Assembly: GCA_013265495.1 (NCBI GenBank)
Contig: MU057651.1
Location: 1,809,674 to 1,873,673 of the forward strand
DNA: 64,000 bases
Direction of reading: 5' to 3'
Source: Vicugna vicugna
Lineage: Eukaryota
Both the position numbers and the translations under genes were made by a program. Position 1 is the first letter of the stretch. Each line of letters begins with the position of its first letter. A model generated the notes under the pieces. It was given only the letters and a program-made list of their open reading frames with translations, was not told the DNA's origin and made no database searches. Shown in pieces: positions 38,808 through 52,207 of this stretch.

Positions 38808-39240
38808 GGGGTGACAGCTCTTTTTACGTCAGCTTGACCCAGGCATTTGATCAGACATTATTCTAAATACTTCTGTGAAGGTTTTTTTTTTTTTCTTTTC
38901 TATTTGAGACTCACATTGATGTCTGTGGACTTTGGGTGAAGGAGAACATCCTCTGCCGTGTGGGTGGCCCCCATCCGTCAACCGATGCAGGTTACTGGAG
39001 GAAGAGAGAGTTGCATCCCCAGGTGCCTGTGGACTTGATCTGCAGCGTCAGCTCCTCCGAGTCCCTCCCCTGCGGGGCCGCCCTGTGCATCCTGGGCCTG
39101 TCAGCCCCAGCGTCACACGAGCCGATTGCCTAAAAGGAAGGAACGTCTCTCTCTTTCTCTGAGTCTCTCTCTCTCTAAACACACACACACACACACACAC
39201 ACTTGCTTCTGTTTCTTTGGGAAACACTGACTGGTGCAAA
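38808..39240 (+). mobile_element. MLT2-type LTR with internal (CT)/(CA) microsatellite
   Basis: cgtcagcttgacc...atttgatcagacattattcta...ttctgtttctttgggaaacactgac. Confidence 0.75.
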
Positions 39241-39744
39241 TAGTTATAGAGACAGAAAGAGAAAGAAAGGAGATACACTGAGAGATCTGGGGGCGAGAAC
39301 CACACACGTCTGCCGAGCTGTCGCTTGTGGGGCAGAGTGGGGGAGTCAGCGATGCCGTCTCCTGAGACGGGGAGGAAGGCGGGGAGCAGCTGTAGGTCAG
39401 TGGGGTCAGTGGGGCTCATTGGGGTCAGAGGGGGTCAATGGGGGTCAGTGAGGCTCAGTGGAGGTTAGGAGATGTCTTAAAGAATGGCTCTGGAACGCGG
39501 GGTTTAATTGCCAGTCATTCCACGTGGAGAGACCACAACCCACGTGCTTATATGAAAAGGCATCCCGGGACTTTGTGGCGGGAGCGTGGGCTCTGACATT
39601 CAGCGCCGTGGCTCAGACCTCGGCTTGCCTCTTACCACACCTGAGCAGATTCCTTAGGCCTGTTGATCCTGACTGCTTTCTATGTGCGTGAGACACAAGT
39701 AGCATTGTTGTCACAGAGTATTTTTCAGCTAAGAACGCAAAAAA

Positions 39745-39920
39745 GCATATAAATAATATATTGTTTATATAATAATATATAAATAATATATTTTATTATT
39801 TATAAAAATAATAAATAATATAATTATTTATAATTATAATTAATTTATATAATTTATATAAATTATATAATTATAATTATAAATTATATAGTTTAATATA
39901 ATTTATGTTATGTTAATATA
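39745..39920. repeat. AT-rich low-complexity tract
   Basis: Almost pure A/T (TATAAT-like units). Confidence 0.9.
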
Positions 39921-40068
39921 AAAGAGACAAAATTCACCAAAGCGCCAGTGGGTTGAACACGGGAGCCTTTGCTGGGATGAAGGTAAGAGCGTGGGATGGT
40001 GTTGCTCGTTTTGTTATTCATCATTATTTTTATTTCATCCATCATTCATTTTTATTATTTTAATTTAA

Positions 40069-40191
40069 AAAACTTGGGGGGGTGGGAGGTAATTAAATTT
40101 ACTTATTGATTTTAGAGGAGGTACTGGGGACTGAACCCAGGACCTTGTGTGCGCTAAGCATGTGCTCTACCACTTCAGCTGTACCCTCCCC
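40069..40191 (-). mobile_element. Vic-1-type SINE
   Basis: A/B boxes on the minus strand; TSD tattttaatttaa at 40056-40068 and 40194-40206. Confidence 0.87.
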
Positions 40192-41651
40192 ACTATTTTA
40201 ATTTAATGCGTAATTTAAATATATCGATTTATTTAAACTAGAGCAGGACTGTTCGGAGGGCTGGCTTCAAGGCATGGGGCGGATTCCAGGTTCCCTGAAG
40301 ACAGCAGCTGCGTGAGGCCATCCGTCCAGCGCAGTGCTTCTCCAGTGATCAGCTCCAGACCCTTTTCCGTGGCTTTTTCCCTTAACCTGTGATGGCTCAA
40401 CGCTTCTAAAACAGTCGAATGAAAACCAAACGGTAGAAGCAGCACTTTAAGAACGGAAACAGCGTACCCCACGCCCTGATTATCTGTAGTTACGTTCAGC
40501 ACGTGTCAGACTGGTCTGCGACATTTCCATAAAAGCCAGCGACGTCTTCGTCACCGTTTCTGCACTTGTCCAGACGTGGACCCGAAGCGAGGAGTCGGCC
40601 CCTGGGAGCCCTGGACTGTCGTTGCAGCCTGGGAAGTCATCCTCAGAAATACTGGCGTCGGAGACCTCAGGGGACAGACCGACTTTCAGGCACTTGGTGA
40701 GATGAGGGCTCGGAGCTGCCACTCGGGAATGAGAGGGGACCCTGGGGGGCGTGAGGTCCAGGGAACTCGGGTCCTCTCAGTCCTGCTAGGACACCAAGCC
40801 CTTTGCCTGAGAAGGAGGCGGTGAGGGACGTGGACGGGCGGGGCAGCGCCCCGTGACGGCATTGACTCCCGCTACCGTGGCGGCGTGCCGCTGCGCCTGG
40901 GAGCCCGGCCAAGGGCCGGAGGATAGGAAGGCACTGCCCACAGCCAGGCTGGCAGGGCCGCCCCGCCCTGCCCCCTCTTTGGGGATGTGACAAAGGCAGT
41001 TAGACGGACAATGGGAGACCCAGCTCTGCGCTGTGAAGAACCAAGCCTCCCACCCAAGACACGCATGGAGGTGTGGAGGGGGCAGGCGACCGCTGTGTCC
41101 TGCCCACAGCCCAGCCCTGGGCGCCGGCACGGGGCCGGGGGGCCAAGGAGGGGCCGACAGTGACAGTCCCTGTTTCCTGGGTCGACCCTTCCTGTTCTGG
41201 AGAACGCCACTGTGGACTGATTACATTTTAATTCCATTTTGTAAGATGTCAACAAATCATATCACTTTCTCTGAAGGAGGATTTGGGGCACGAGAAAGGA
41301 AAAGGTCGTTGGAGCCCTCGGAGTGGTGACAGATTTGAGACAAAAAGGAAGGCAGCCACGCGGGTTTCCCGGGGAGCAGGACCAGGGGCGTTAAGGTTTG
41401 CCACCGGCACACGGGGCAGGAAGCCAGTAAGGACATCATCCCGTTGTTGCCTGCAGCGAGCCAGAAGTCAGCTCCTCACAGGGTCCAGGATGGTCCTTCT
41501 GGGAGTCACACTTGGGGAGGGGTTTGGGTCTGGTCTGGGTCACGGGCAGGATGCCAGGGCTGCTCACTTAGCACAGAAACCTCGCCGGGGGGCTCTGTTT
41601 ATTTTTTAAGGAAAAAAAAAGTCAGGAATCATTTATTTTTCTAATTCAACC

Positions 41652-42549
41652 TTTTATTTTTTAACTGAAGTATAGACGGTTTAAAGTGTTGTGTTAATTT
41701 CTGGTGTACAGCATAGTGAGTCAGCTACATATATATATATATAAAATATATATATTTTTTCATTGTAGGTTATTGCAAGATATTAAGTGTAGTTCCCTAT
41801 GCTCTACAGTAGGACCTGGTTGTTTATCTGTTTACATATAGTCATGTGTGTCTGCAAATCCTGAACTTCCATTTTATCCCTCCACCTCCTCTCCACCTCC
41901 TGGGAACCCTAAGTTTGTTTTTCTGTGCCTGTGAGTCTGTTTCTGTTTTGTAAATAAGTTCATTTGTGTCATTTTTTTAGATTCCGCATGTAGACCTAAA
42001 CAAACTTTTCTCCAGTGAAGACACACAGATGGTCGATAGGCACGTGAAAAAATGCTCAGTATCACTATTTATCAGAGAAATGCGAATCAAAGCTACAATG
42101 AGGGATCACCTCACACCAGTCAGAATGGCCATCCTTCAAAAATCCACAAATGGCAAATACTGGAGAGGCTGTGGAGAAAAGGGAGCCGTCCCAATGCTGG
42201 TGGGAATGCAGTTTGGTGCAGCCACTGTGGAAAGCAGTATGGAGATTCCTCAAAAAAAAAAAACCAAAAAAAAACCCCCAAAAATACAGTTACCATATGA
42301 CCCAAGAATCTTCTCCTGGGCATATATCCAGAAGGAATCCTACTTCAAAGAGACACATGCACCCCAATGTTCAGAGCAGCACTATTTACATCAGCCAAGA
42401 CATGGAAGCAACTTAAATGTCCATCAACAGATGACTGGATAAGGAAGCTGTGGTCTGTTTATACAATGGAATACTACTCAGCCATGAAAAAGAATAAAAC
42501 AATGCCATTTGCAGCCACATGGGTGGCCCTGGAGATGGTCATTCTAAGT
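41652..42549 (-). mobile_element. L1 with 5' inversion (minus-strand 3' end 41652-41991 joined to plus-strand ORF2 segment 41992-42549)
   Basis: Orientation switch at ...attccgcatgt|agacctaaacaaac...; the two arms are nearly consecutive in the L1 consensus. Confidence 0.85.
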
Positions 42550-44154
42550 CCTTTAGTTTGACTTGAGACAATCAGAACAAGTGTACAGATAATATCACAT
42601 CGAAGCAAAAGTGGAAGAGACCCAGGCGGAGATAAAATAAAGATGAAAACAGCGGTCATGGTGCCCATAAAAGGCACAGCCCAGAGTCCTGGGACGTTTC
42701 TCGCCATCAGCTATGAGCCTCCAACATCCCACATTGGTGGCAAAGCCGGGTCATTTTGGAGTCTGTAGCTACACGATCAAACAAACTTGGTTATTTGCAA
42801 ACACCACTGCCCAGAACTGGAGCATTTTATTCCGCTATGAGTGATGCAGAGATGTTGGGTTTTCTCTTCTTGTAAACATTAAGCAATAAGCCGTTTTCAA
42901 GTGAATTGATGCCACCGTGCATTAAAGTGCTGTCACTTGGCTGCACTTTCCCTGCCGTGCGGTCCTTTAAACGCAGGGACCGCCTGCCCAGCGCCACGTC
43001 CAACTCAGAAGGTGGCACAGAGATTATCTTCTTATTTGAGTGCATTAAAATGCACGCACGGTGTTTAGAAGTGCAGATCGCCTAGGCAGGCTCTTTGATG
43101 GGCTCTGGCTTGCTTCCAAATGGTTACCATAGGGTCCCCTTCACATAAATAAAATTTTGTGATTCCAAGGCAAAGATCTCTTCTGGATCCGACCCGTGGA
43201 GGCAGTGGGCTTTATTTGAAGGGACGTTTGCAGAAGAGTCACATCGTGGCCTTTTTCTTTAATGGCTGCCTTCACGTGAGAAACACCACGCGGACAACAC
43301 CTTTGCCCTCGTGTTTGAATATGCAGGGCGGTTTCATTTTTCTAACCCATCTGGGTGATTTATAGTTTAATAGCCCATTTTGTAATGTCTCCGGATGAAT
43401 TTTAGGACAACCTGTGCCCAAGTGCTCTGTTTGACAGACTAGGTATGGAGGACAACAGAAATCTACTCTTAATGAGCCCAGTCTCGAGAAATAGAAGATT
43501 TACTATAAATGTGTTTGGATAAATAACTAGAATCAATTATCTATCACTAAAAAAAGGTCACATCGCTCATGCCATGATCTTTAAGGTATCTTTTCTTTAT
43601 TCGTTTAAAAAATGACGTGTTAAAAAAAGTAAAATGGGTTATAGTTTCTATCTTTTTAGATTTCTTTCCAAGCCATATCCAAATATATTTTACAGAACAG
43701 AAGTTTTCGATTGTTTTTCCTTTTTTCATGTTTTTTGCATAATACTCTATAAGTATGTTTTCATGTGTCTTTCTTAAAGTTATTTTAGTGGCTCAACATA
43801 CGATGATTTGCTCAGATGGTCCATGAGTGTTAAGATCGCCCCACGATTTCACTTTGATGTTGACTGTGTGTGGTCGCATCGTTGCTGCTCTGGGATCCTC
43901 TCGGAACAGGCAGCTCTGACAGAAGACCTTGCTCATTGCAGAGAAGACAAAGGACCAGGCCGAAGTCCTCAGCATCTCGGAGAGGTTCTGCTCTCCATGG
44001 TCCTGGAGGCACCTGTCAGGATTCAGTGGGCAAAGCCGCTCAGGTGGCTTTTTTTGTTGTTGTTGCATACTCCGTATCATCTGTTTTCTTTCCTTCCCTA
44101 CTTCTCCATTTCCTTGGTGAAAATGTTGAATAAATTATGTCACCATTTAATCTT

Positions 44155-44600
44155 TTTTTTTAAAAAAAATTTGAACTATGGTTGATTTACAAGGTTGTGT
44201 TACTTTCTGGTATACAGCCAGGTGATTCAGTTACATATATATATAAAATATATATTCTTTTTCATTATAGGTTATTGCAAGATATTGGACATGGTTCCCT
44301 GTGCTGTGCATGAGAACTTTGTTGCTTATCCAAATATATACAGTAGTTTGTAGCTGCCAATTGCAAACTCCTGATTTATCCCCTCCTCCACCTTTCCCCT
44401 TTGGGAACCATACGTTGGTTTTCTATGTCTGTGAGTCCTTTCTGATTTGTAAATTAGTTCATTTGTCTCCTTTTTTTTTTAGATTTCACATGTAAGTGAG
44501 ATCCTGTGATATTTGTCTTTCTCTGTCGGACTTACTTCAGTCAGCATGAGCGTCTCTGGGTCCATGCACACTGCTGCAAGTGACATTGTTTCATTGCTGC
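44155..44600 (-). mobile_element. L1 3' end
   Basis: gttgatttacaaggttgtgttactttctgg...ttagatttcacatgtaagtgaga. Confidence 0.85.
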
Positions 44601-46544
44601 ACGGGTCTCCCATGAATTGAATCAGCCTCGTCACGCTGTGAACAACCCGCAAGCTGCCCCAGCGGTAGACACAACGCAGACAAGACTGTGGTTTCGAAGG
44701 ACTGCCTCAGAGGCTCGTTACTTTTGCAGCTAAAGAGACGGACACAAGCAAAACCATTTCCAAAGCTTGGGAGCCTCAGGGCGTCACTGATAAGATCCAG
44801 AAAGCAGAATTTCTGTGGTTCTTTGGCGTGTTTACGCCATGTTTCTTTCCAACATCCAGCGCTTGCTTTCTGACTCACTACCAAAAAGCAGAATTCGTTA
44901 CTTGGTGACTTCACTCTGTTTCAGGAAATCTTTAAAAAGTAGCATTTTAAAATTCATCTGTAGACACTGGAACAAATGATACCCAAGGAATTACATAAAA
45001 TTGACCTCAGACTGATAATTTCAGGGCTGCAATGGCCCTGTTCAGAATTTCACATCATTGGTGAAGTGTCAGGGCTAAATTTTCCAGTAGCCACATGTCC
45101 CGGGGGCCGTTGTTAATCACCTGACTTTCAGTAAAACATTTCCTCCCCTCTTTTTCCAACATACGGAATTCCTATCTGCGGTGATTGGTTTCTGTACTGC
45201 TGGGGATAACACACTCCACGTTTTCACAATCTTTTCAATTCAAATTACATCACTCGTTAAAATTAGCATTTGAAAGTCACTTGAGGAAAATCAAGCTTTC
45301 AAATTATAATGAAGTTTTGAACATATTTTACTTATTACGTCAATATTAAAAACGTCATTTTAGCTTCTAAGCAAAAAAAATAACTTTATAATCTTCTTAT
45401 TGCTCTGTTTTCGCTTTGACATGCTCTTCTCTCTGTTTATCTGTGTCCATATGAAACTGTTTCATATTTGTAACCATAGCAAGTTTACCATTTTGTATTC
45501 TCGGTTGGTTACTTTATACTAATATAATTTTTTCCCATGTTAATACGTAGTCTTTAAAATCATTAAAAGCTACATCCTATTTTACCAGGCTAGTAAACCA
45601 CAGTCCACTTGGTATAATTAAATAATATCCCATTTTTGGAGATTTGCCTCATTTTCAATTTCTCACTAGCACACAATACTACATGAAGTAATTATTTTTA
45701 TTCTTCGAGGATGCTCTTCCTCCAAAATGCTCTTCTCATAAATTCCCAGCTGTGACCTTAATGGTCTGACACTTTTTCGGTTCTTGAAATCTGTGCCAAA
45801 TTGCATTTCTAAGATAGATACTTCCACTTACCGATTCGAACTCTGTGTTGGAATGTGTGTTATTAAGCCGTCATTGATTTTAATTGGAAAATTCTTGCTG
45901 CATCAATTTTAATGATTTGGGGTTTAAGCACTTTTTTCTATTCTTTGAGGTTTTGCTATAATTACTGTCAGGAGTAATGTAAAATGTACAGGTGCCATGT
46001 CTCTTTGTGACCTTTATTTCTTGTGTGTATTGTCACATATAGACTGTTCCGGCTTTTATCTCTGTTAGAGATGTTCCTCTTTCAGTCACATAGATGTTTA
46101 ACCAAATAGGGCTGTCAGTTTACTGACCTATCAGTCAGAAGATGGGAACCCTTCCAGCTATCTGAACAGGCAGGCTTTAATATTGAGACTTGCTAACTAG
46201 GCACGGAGATGTTAGCTCCTGGACAGGTGACGAGGGAGCGCTAAGTTATCGGGGAGGCAGGATCTGACAGGAGCGGGTGGGGAGGCCAGGGCAGTGGAGG
46301 ATGCACCTCCGATCTCCCAGGAGGGCCGGCCGCTCAGCAGGTGCTTCCTGCGACCCTGACCTTCCAAAGGAGCTGCAGCAGCTGCAGGAGTGAAGGTGCG
46401 TCCCTGCCAGGAGGCAGCGGGGGTCTCAGGGGACAGAGAGGAAGGCGCCTGCCACTTCTGCAGCGTGGCTGTCCCTTCAAGGGCCGGCAAGCAGGAAGGT
46501 GGCTGCAGCATCTCGGTGTGCCAGCAAGCCAGGAAGCCCTGAAA

Positions 46545-46792
46545 CACACAGACCCCCCCCCAAACACACACACTTGTGCCCGTGTGCACACACAACACAC
46601 TCACACACACGTGCACACTCACACACACTTCCGTCCCCAGTATGTGCACCTGCACACGCACACACGCACACACTTGTGCCCGTGTGCACACACAGTTCAC
46701 ACACAACACACTCTCACACACGTGCACACTCACACACACCTCCATCCCCAGTATATGCACCTGTGCGCACACACACACACACACACACACAC
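46545..46792. repeat. CA-rich repeat containing a ~105-115 bp duplicated unit
   Basis: cacttgtgcccgtgtgcacacac...ccccagtat(g/a)tgcacctg occurs twice in tandem. Confidence 0.85.
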
Positions 46793-46799
46793 TGGTGGG

Positions 46800-47730
46800 A
46801 GTGTATCAAAGGACCACAGAAGCCAATGGGTAGTTCTCCTAGAGTTTCAAACTGGAACAATTTTAGCATCAAAATAGATAACAGTTTTGAATTACAACTC
46901 AACTTTAAAATGAACAAGTTTAAACTACAAGACTACAAATTTAATACACAAGTTTAAAATCCATGAGTCCATAGGATATAAGTGATGGAATAAACTAATA
47001 AATGAACGTAGACCAGTTTTCCACGCAGAGCAAATCCAGATTATTTATGTGGACACTCCAGCCTCAGGGAAGCGGGACACCTGCTCCTTAGGGACAGACC
47101 GCGCAGACGCCCTGACTTCCAGTGTCCAGGGTGGACGGAAAGGGGGAAGAGTGACGTCCCGGTGGGGGAAGCCCCAGACCAGGGGCTCAAGGTTGCCACC
47201 GACAGCTGACCCCTGACACGCTGTGATGAAAATGGCTCTGAACTTCTGTGTGCTTCTCCCCAAAAACCGCAAACTCCAGTCTCATCGTGAGGAAATTGTC
47301 AAACTAGAACTTTTTGTTGTTGTTTGTGTGTGTTTTTGCAGGGGAGGTAATTTGTTGATTTATTATTAGTGGAGGTCCGGGGGATTGAACCCAGGACTCT
47401 ACCAGTTGAGCGACACCCTCCCCCTTCAAGCTAATTTTAATCCTCAAAATAGGTCAACAGCATTAAGACAGGGACTAACACAAAAACAAGGGAAGTCCGA
47501 GGACCTGCCGCAGCCAAGAGGTGCTTAATGGGTTCTTGGAAGAGAAAATGGACATTATATATAAAAAATAAAAACCATGAAGATTACAATAACTGCGGAC
47601 TTTAATGACAATATCCATTCACTCACTGCAAAAAGTTTAATGCTAATTTAAGTGGGAATCCAGTAGAAGAAAAAGTGTGGGTATCCGGGAACCATTTACT
47701 GACTTCTCTATTTTTCTATAAACCTAACAC
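46800..47730 (+). mobile_element. Old L1MC/MD-like 3' region, interrupted by a SINE
   Basis: caaactggaacaattttagcatcaaaata...catgagtccatag...cagccaagaggtgcttaa...gaaaatggacatt. Confidence 0.55.
47311..47424 (-). mobile_element. Vic-1-type SINE with internal deletion
   Basis: gggattgaacccaggac|tctaccagttgagcgacaccctcccc lacks the segment between A and B boxes seen in the other copies. Confidence 0.8.
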
Positions 47731-47869
47731 GTTCTTTTTTAAAAAAAATCAAGTTACTGAAAACAGCTGCAGTGAATGTATTTATGCAGAAATCTCTGCA
47801 AGTTTTGTGTCTTTCTTGGAGATGCAATGCTCGCAGGGTTTTTTGTTTTGTTTTGTTTTGTTTTTAATA

Positions 47870-48078
47870 TTTAAGTTTTTTCTTTTTAATGTTTTTTTTG
47901 TTTTTAATATTTAATTTTTAATTGCAGTCTGGACAGTTACATTGTGGTGTCAGTTTCTGGTGCGCAGCATCATGTTTCAGTCTCACATACACATATTCGT
48001 TTTCAGATTCTTTTTCATGGTAGGTGACTGCAAAGTATTGAATAGAGTTCCCTGTGCTGCACAGCAGGACCTTGTTTT
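47870..48078 (-). mobile_element. Short L1 3' end
   Basis: T-rich tail...gtcagtttctggtgcgcagc...gttccctgtgctgcacagcaggacc. Confidence 0.78.
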
Positions 48079-48815
48079 GGTAAATTGGAAGTGATATTTC
48101 TCTGTGTAAACATTTGTTTCTTATTAGTTTGGATGTATTTTGAGATACGGCTTAATTGTGTCCAGAAAAAGCTTTTTTCAACTGATGCTCACAGCCAGAG
48201 GGCGTTAGATTCTTAGACCATTGCCAATCTTGAGTCTCATTAATTTTTTTTAAAACTTTTCCAAGTAAAAATATTTCACTACAACATTATGAGTGTGGTT
48301 GGACCTCTTTCCATGTTTGTATTTGGCATTTGTTCTGAAAATTTGAGTACTCTTGTACCAGTTTCTGAACCCAACCCTCTAAACCTCCAAAATTCACAAA
48401 TCCATCCTGTTTCGTCCTTTGGTCGTCCTTGTACCTTTCTGTCAGCACTTTTCACATCACTTCACCTCCTGGTCTGTCCGGAGCAGACCTTGTGGTGGGC
48501 ACCGTCCCCAGACTTCACCACCACGGTCAGGGACCACCTCCCTCCCGCCCCCGCCTCCTGCCTTCTGCCTCTTAGCTCGAGACTCTGGTTCCATCACGAG
48601 ACATGATCTCCCTCAAATTTTAGCTCTCATTAGCGTGGTGCATTCACCGAGGCCAAGAAATTAACACAATGAATTAAAATTGACTTTCATTCATGTGTTT
48701 AGACAAGGTTTCTTCTGAGACCCCCTGTCCCACCCAGGGCAGGGCAGTGCAAGGTTCAGTTGCTTTATGATCGCATCCCGTGTGATGTAGGACTGAAAGT
48801 AACAGAGAAAAAAAA

Positions 48816-49192
48816 AAAGAAGGAGCAACGGATACTATTCAGGCTACCTCGATGGGCATCAATGTTGTGATTCAAGCTAAGAATTCGTCATCTAAATCGT
48901 CGTGTCATTTATCTTTGAATGTTCTTGCCATTAGGCCACTCACAGTGAAAAAAAAATTATTCTGAATAAGGAACATGGTGTTTCTACACTCCCTGAAAAA
49001 TACAAAGAAGGAGCAACGGATACTGTTCAGGCTACCTCGATGGGCATCCATGTTGTGATTCAAGCTAAGAATTCATCATCTAAATCGTCGTGTCATTTAT
49101 CTTTGAATGTTCTTGCCATTAGGCCACTCACAGTGAAAAAAAAAATTATTCTGAATAAGGAACATGGTGTTTCTACACTCCCTGAAAAATAC
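48816..49192. repeat. Tandem duplication of a 188/189-bp unique sequence
   Basis: 48816-49003 and 49004-49192 differ by three substitutions and one A in a homopolymer, by eye. Confidence 0.95.
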
Positions 49193-49570
49193 ACCATCAA
49201 GATAGCTGCCCGTGATTTCTAGCAACTGTGTGTTCTTAGGTTTTCCGTTGCTCCGTTCCAGGTTACAATACATCCTTACCTCCTACTGTGCTTTGTGTGG
49301 TACCAGGGGTGAAAAAGAACCCAAACAAAACCACTGGTCATTCTTTAAAAGAAGCCCTGAATTAGAGCTTCTGAGACTGGGCCCGAAATGCTTTCTCCCG
49401 TCACTGATGTGAATAACTTGGGCCAGCATGTAAGTCAAGGACCATAAAGCTGCTTTCCCGTTCTCACTGCGTCTCTTTTGCACTGTGCATCAGCTTTCCA
49501 TCGAGTTCTACCTGAACATGTTTATCATTCCAGCAAGGCTGCAAACCCCTGAGTTCAGAGCCATGTTTAC

Positions 49571-49858
49571 CTATTTATTTTTATTGAGGTACCGTTAATT
49601 TACAATGTCATGTTAGTTGCTGGGATATCCAGAGGAAACGAATTCCAAAAGACACCTTCACCCCAACATTCACAGCAGCACCATTTACAACAGCCAAGAC
49701 ATGGAAGCAGCCTAAATGTCCATGATGACTGGATAAAGAAACTGTGGTCTATTTATACAATGGAATACTACTCGGCCATGAAAAAGGATGAGATCATGCC
49801 ACTGGCAGCAACATGGCTGGACCTGGAGATCGTCATACTAAGTGACGTCAGCCAGAAA
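49571..49858 (-). mobile_element. Small inverted/deleted L1 insertion
   Basis: Minus-strand L1 tail (49571-49624) fused to a plus-strand ORF2-end piece (49625-49858); TSD cagagccatgttt at 49556 and 49859. Confidence 0.85.
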
Positions 49859-51109
49859 CAGAGCCATGTTTTACATGCACAATTGCCTGCTACAGCAGAT
49901 GGTGCCCAGTAAATGTCTGTTCAGTGAACAAGTGACAGATCGGGTGGAGTTGAAGCAAATTAAGGAAGGGAATGACTGCAGCAGCTTCCATGACAAAGGA
50001 GGACTAAGGAGCCCCACGAATGACCAACACCCAGCAGATCAAGGCAGTGAGGGGTTGTACACCCACAGTCTTTGTCCAGACGTTAACCCGTGCTCCCCTA
50101 CGGGGCCAGTAGCATCTGACTCCTCGTCCCTCAGGGAGTCACACGATGAAAGGGAAAGTCATCTGATTCCAATGACACAGCCTGCTGGCTCCTTGGCCCC
50201 ATTACCAGTGGCGGGGAATCACATTCGCTTTGCACCCTAAGAGGACACTTCAACGCATGTATGGTAACACTCCTGTTAAAATGTTCCGGGAAGTGACTGC
50301 GAAGAAAAAAAGGTTGGAACTGAGATGTGGAAACAGTTCAGAGGTGGACGTTTCGGCCCTTCAGGATGCCAAGAATCCCCGAAGCCTGAAATCGGCTGAC
50401 GTGTGCAGTTGCTTGACCAGTGCACTGAGGCAACCCATTCAGAGGAAGAGGAAGGAACCCTCGTAGGAGCAGCTTAAGGAGGAATGGGGGGACGAGGAAG
50501 CAGAGAGGGAGCGCCGTCTCCTTCCAGAGTCTTGGCCGAGAAGGCCAAGAAAATGAGGCGTTAGCCAGGCGGGGATGGAAGAAAACTTCAGATGCATATG
50601 TTACGAGAGAAGGTCAGTGGGAGGAAGTGTTTGCGAAGTACCAAAGTGTGGTCACAGAGCGGGTTCCTGGGGTGGCAGGTGGGGGCCACCTGTGCCCTTC
50701 ACGCAGCTGGACAGGCTTGGGAACAGGGAGACAAGAGAGCAGCAGCAGGGGCTGGGAGATGGAAATTAGTTGGTTAATTTAACATTTACGATAGGAACGC
50801 ACCCAGAAGGCGTAAGGTGTCAACCCCGACTACGAGCATCGGGGCCGATGTTAACGGGAGATCATGGTCCCCGTCTTCCCAGCCTGGAATGCCCCTCCCC
50901 AGACGGGCTTCTGTCGCCGGGTCTTCTCGCTGGGTTTGCATAACTTCCAAGCCTCCTGGACCACTTTTGCCGTCACGCAGACATTTGTGATGCAGCGCTG
51001 ATAAACCAGCCTCACGCAGCCTCCCTTTACGGTTCCCTCATAATTTTTAAAACACCATTTACCGTTTAACTTATGATAATATTGTTACTGATGATCTGCA
51101 AGCTTTATT

Positions 51110-51250
51110 TATCATTGAGTTTCCTTTCTCACATTTTCTCATCTGTACAATGAGAAAGATAAAAATCTAGCCTTCATTGAGTTAAGAGGACTGAACGTGC
51201 GTATGTTTAAAGGCTCAAGGAAAGTGGCCGGCACGTAATCAATGATTGTT
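51110..51250. mobile_element. MIR relic
   Basis: ttttctcatctgtacaatgagaaagataa...aaagtggccggcacgtaa. Confidence 0.55.
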
Positions 51251-51819
51251 CACTCTGTTTACGACCAAGAAAAACAGAAGAGGATACAGGAATTGATGAC
51301 TCAGGTTAAATTCCAACTTTCTTGACCTCACCTTTTATAAATGTAAATGAATTAAAAGACAACACTGCTTCGAATTGTTCGGAACAATGTTGCCTTGCAC
51401 CTAAAGGTCAACGAGACGTCCCAGGTGCGACGGAACGGGCACGTCCACATCCCTCTCAAATTAATTTTACCGCTTTGACCTTTTCTCCCGGCCTCAGCCG
51501 AGTGAGCGTGCTGGCTTGCGGAATGCCATTTGCAGCGATGGGATGCTTCTGTGAAGAATGAACCCCTTTGCCTGTCGGTACGAACACCAATTTAACGTCA
51601 GAGTGGATCTGGAGGGAGTTGAGATGGCGAGTTTATTTGTCAGATAATGAACAGGACTCATTAGGTGGGCGTGGATTTATTTGAGCGGGGAGGCTGGATC
51701 GGAACTGTGGTGGCTAATTCTCCGTCTAGAATTTAATCTCTATACTCTCAAGAATTTTGCCCGTCTTTCCCCACACTTGATTCTCGGTGCCTAAAAAAGT
51801 TTTCCAAGTACTCAATAAT

Positions 51820-51970
51820 TTTTTTTTTAATTGAAGTACAGTCAGTTACCACGTGCCAATTTCTGGTGCACAGCACAGTGTCCCCATCATGCATATACAT
51901 ACACATTTGTTTTCATATTTTTTTCATTAAAAGTTATTACAATACAATGAATATGGTTCCCTGTGTTATA
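51820..51970 (-). mobile_element. Short L1 3' end
   Basis: ttttttttaattgaagtacagtcagttac...atatggttccctgtg. Confidence 0.75.
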
Positions 51971-52207
51971 ACACGCTCATAGCTCTCAGTTTTGAAGGTT
52001 TGCATTAGATGTCTCAGTTTGGTTACCTTCTCTCCTGATGGGGTTTTGGAAATTTATGCTCTGTGTCATTACTAATTACAGCAACAGCCCTGCATACGTC
52101 TTCGCTTTCAAACCAACACAGCTCCCATTGCAGGGTGCCCTCTGTGATCACCCAGGACCTACAGGTCAAAATCGAAGTTGCGGAAACACGATGTAGTTGA
52201 AAGGAAT

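Noticed and set aside
46212..46957. His/Thr- and Cys/Val-rich ORFs
   Set aside because: Translation of the CA-rich repeat.
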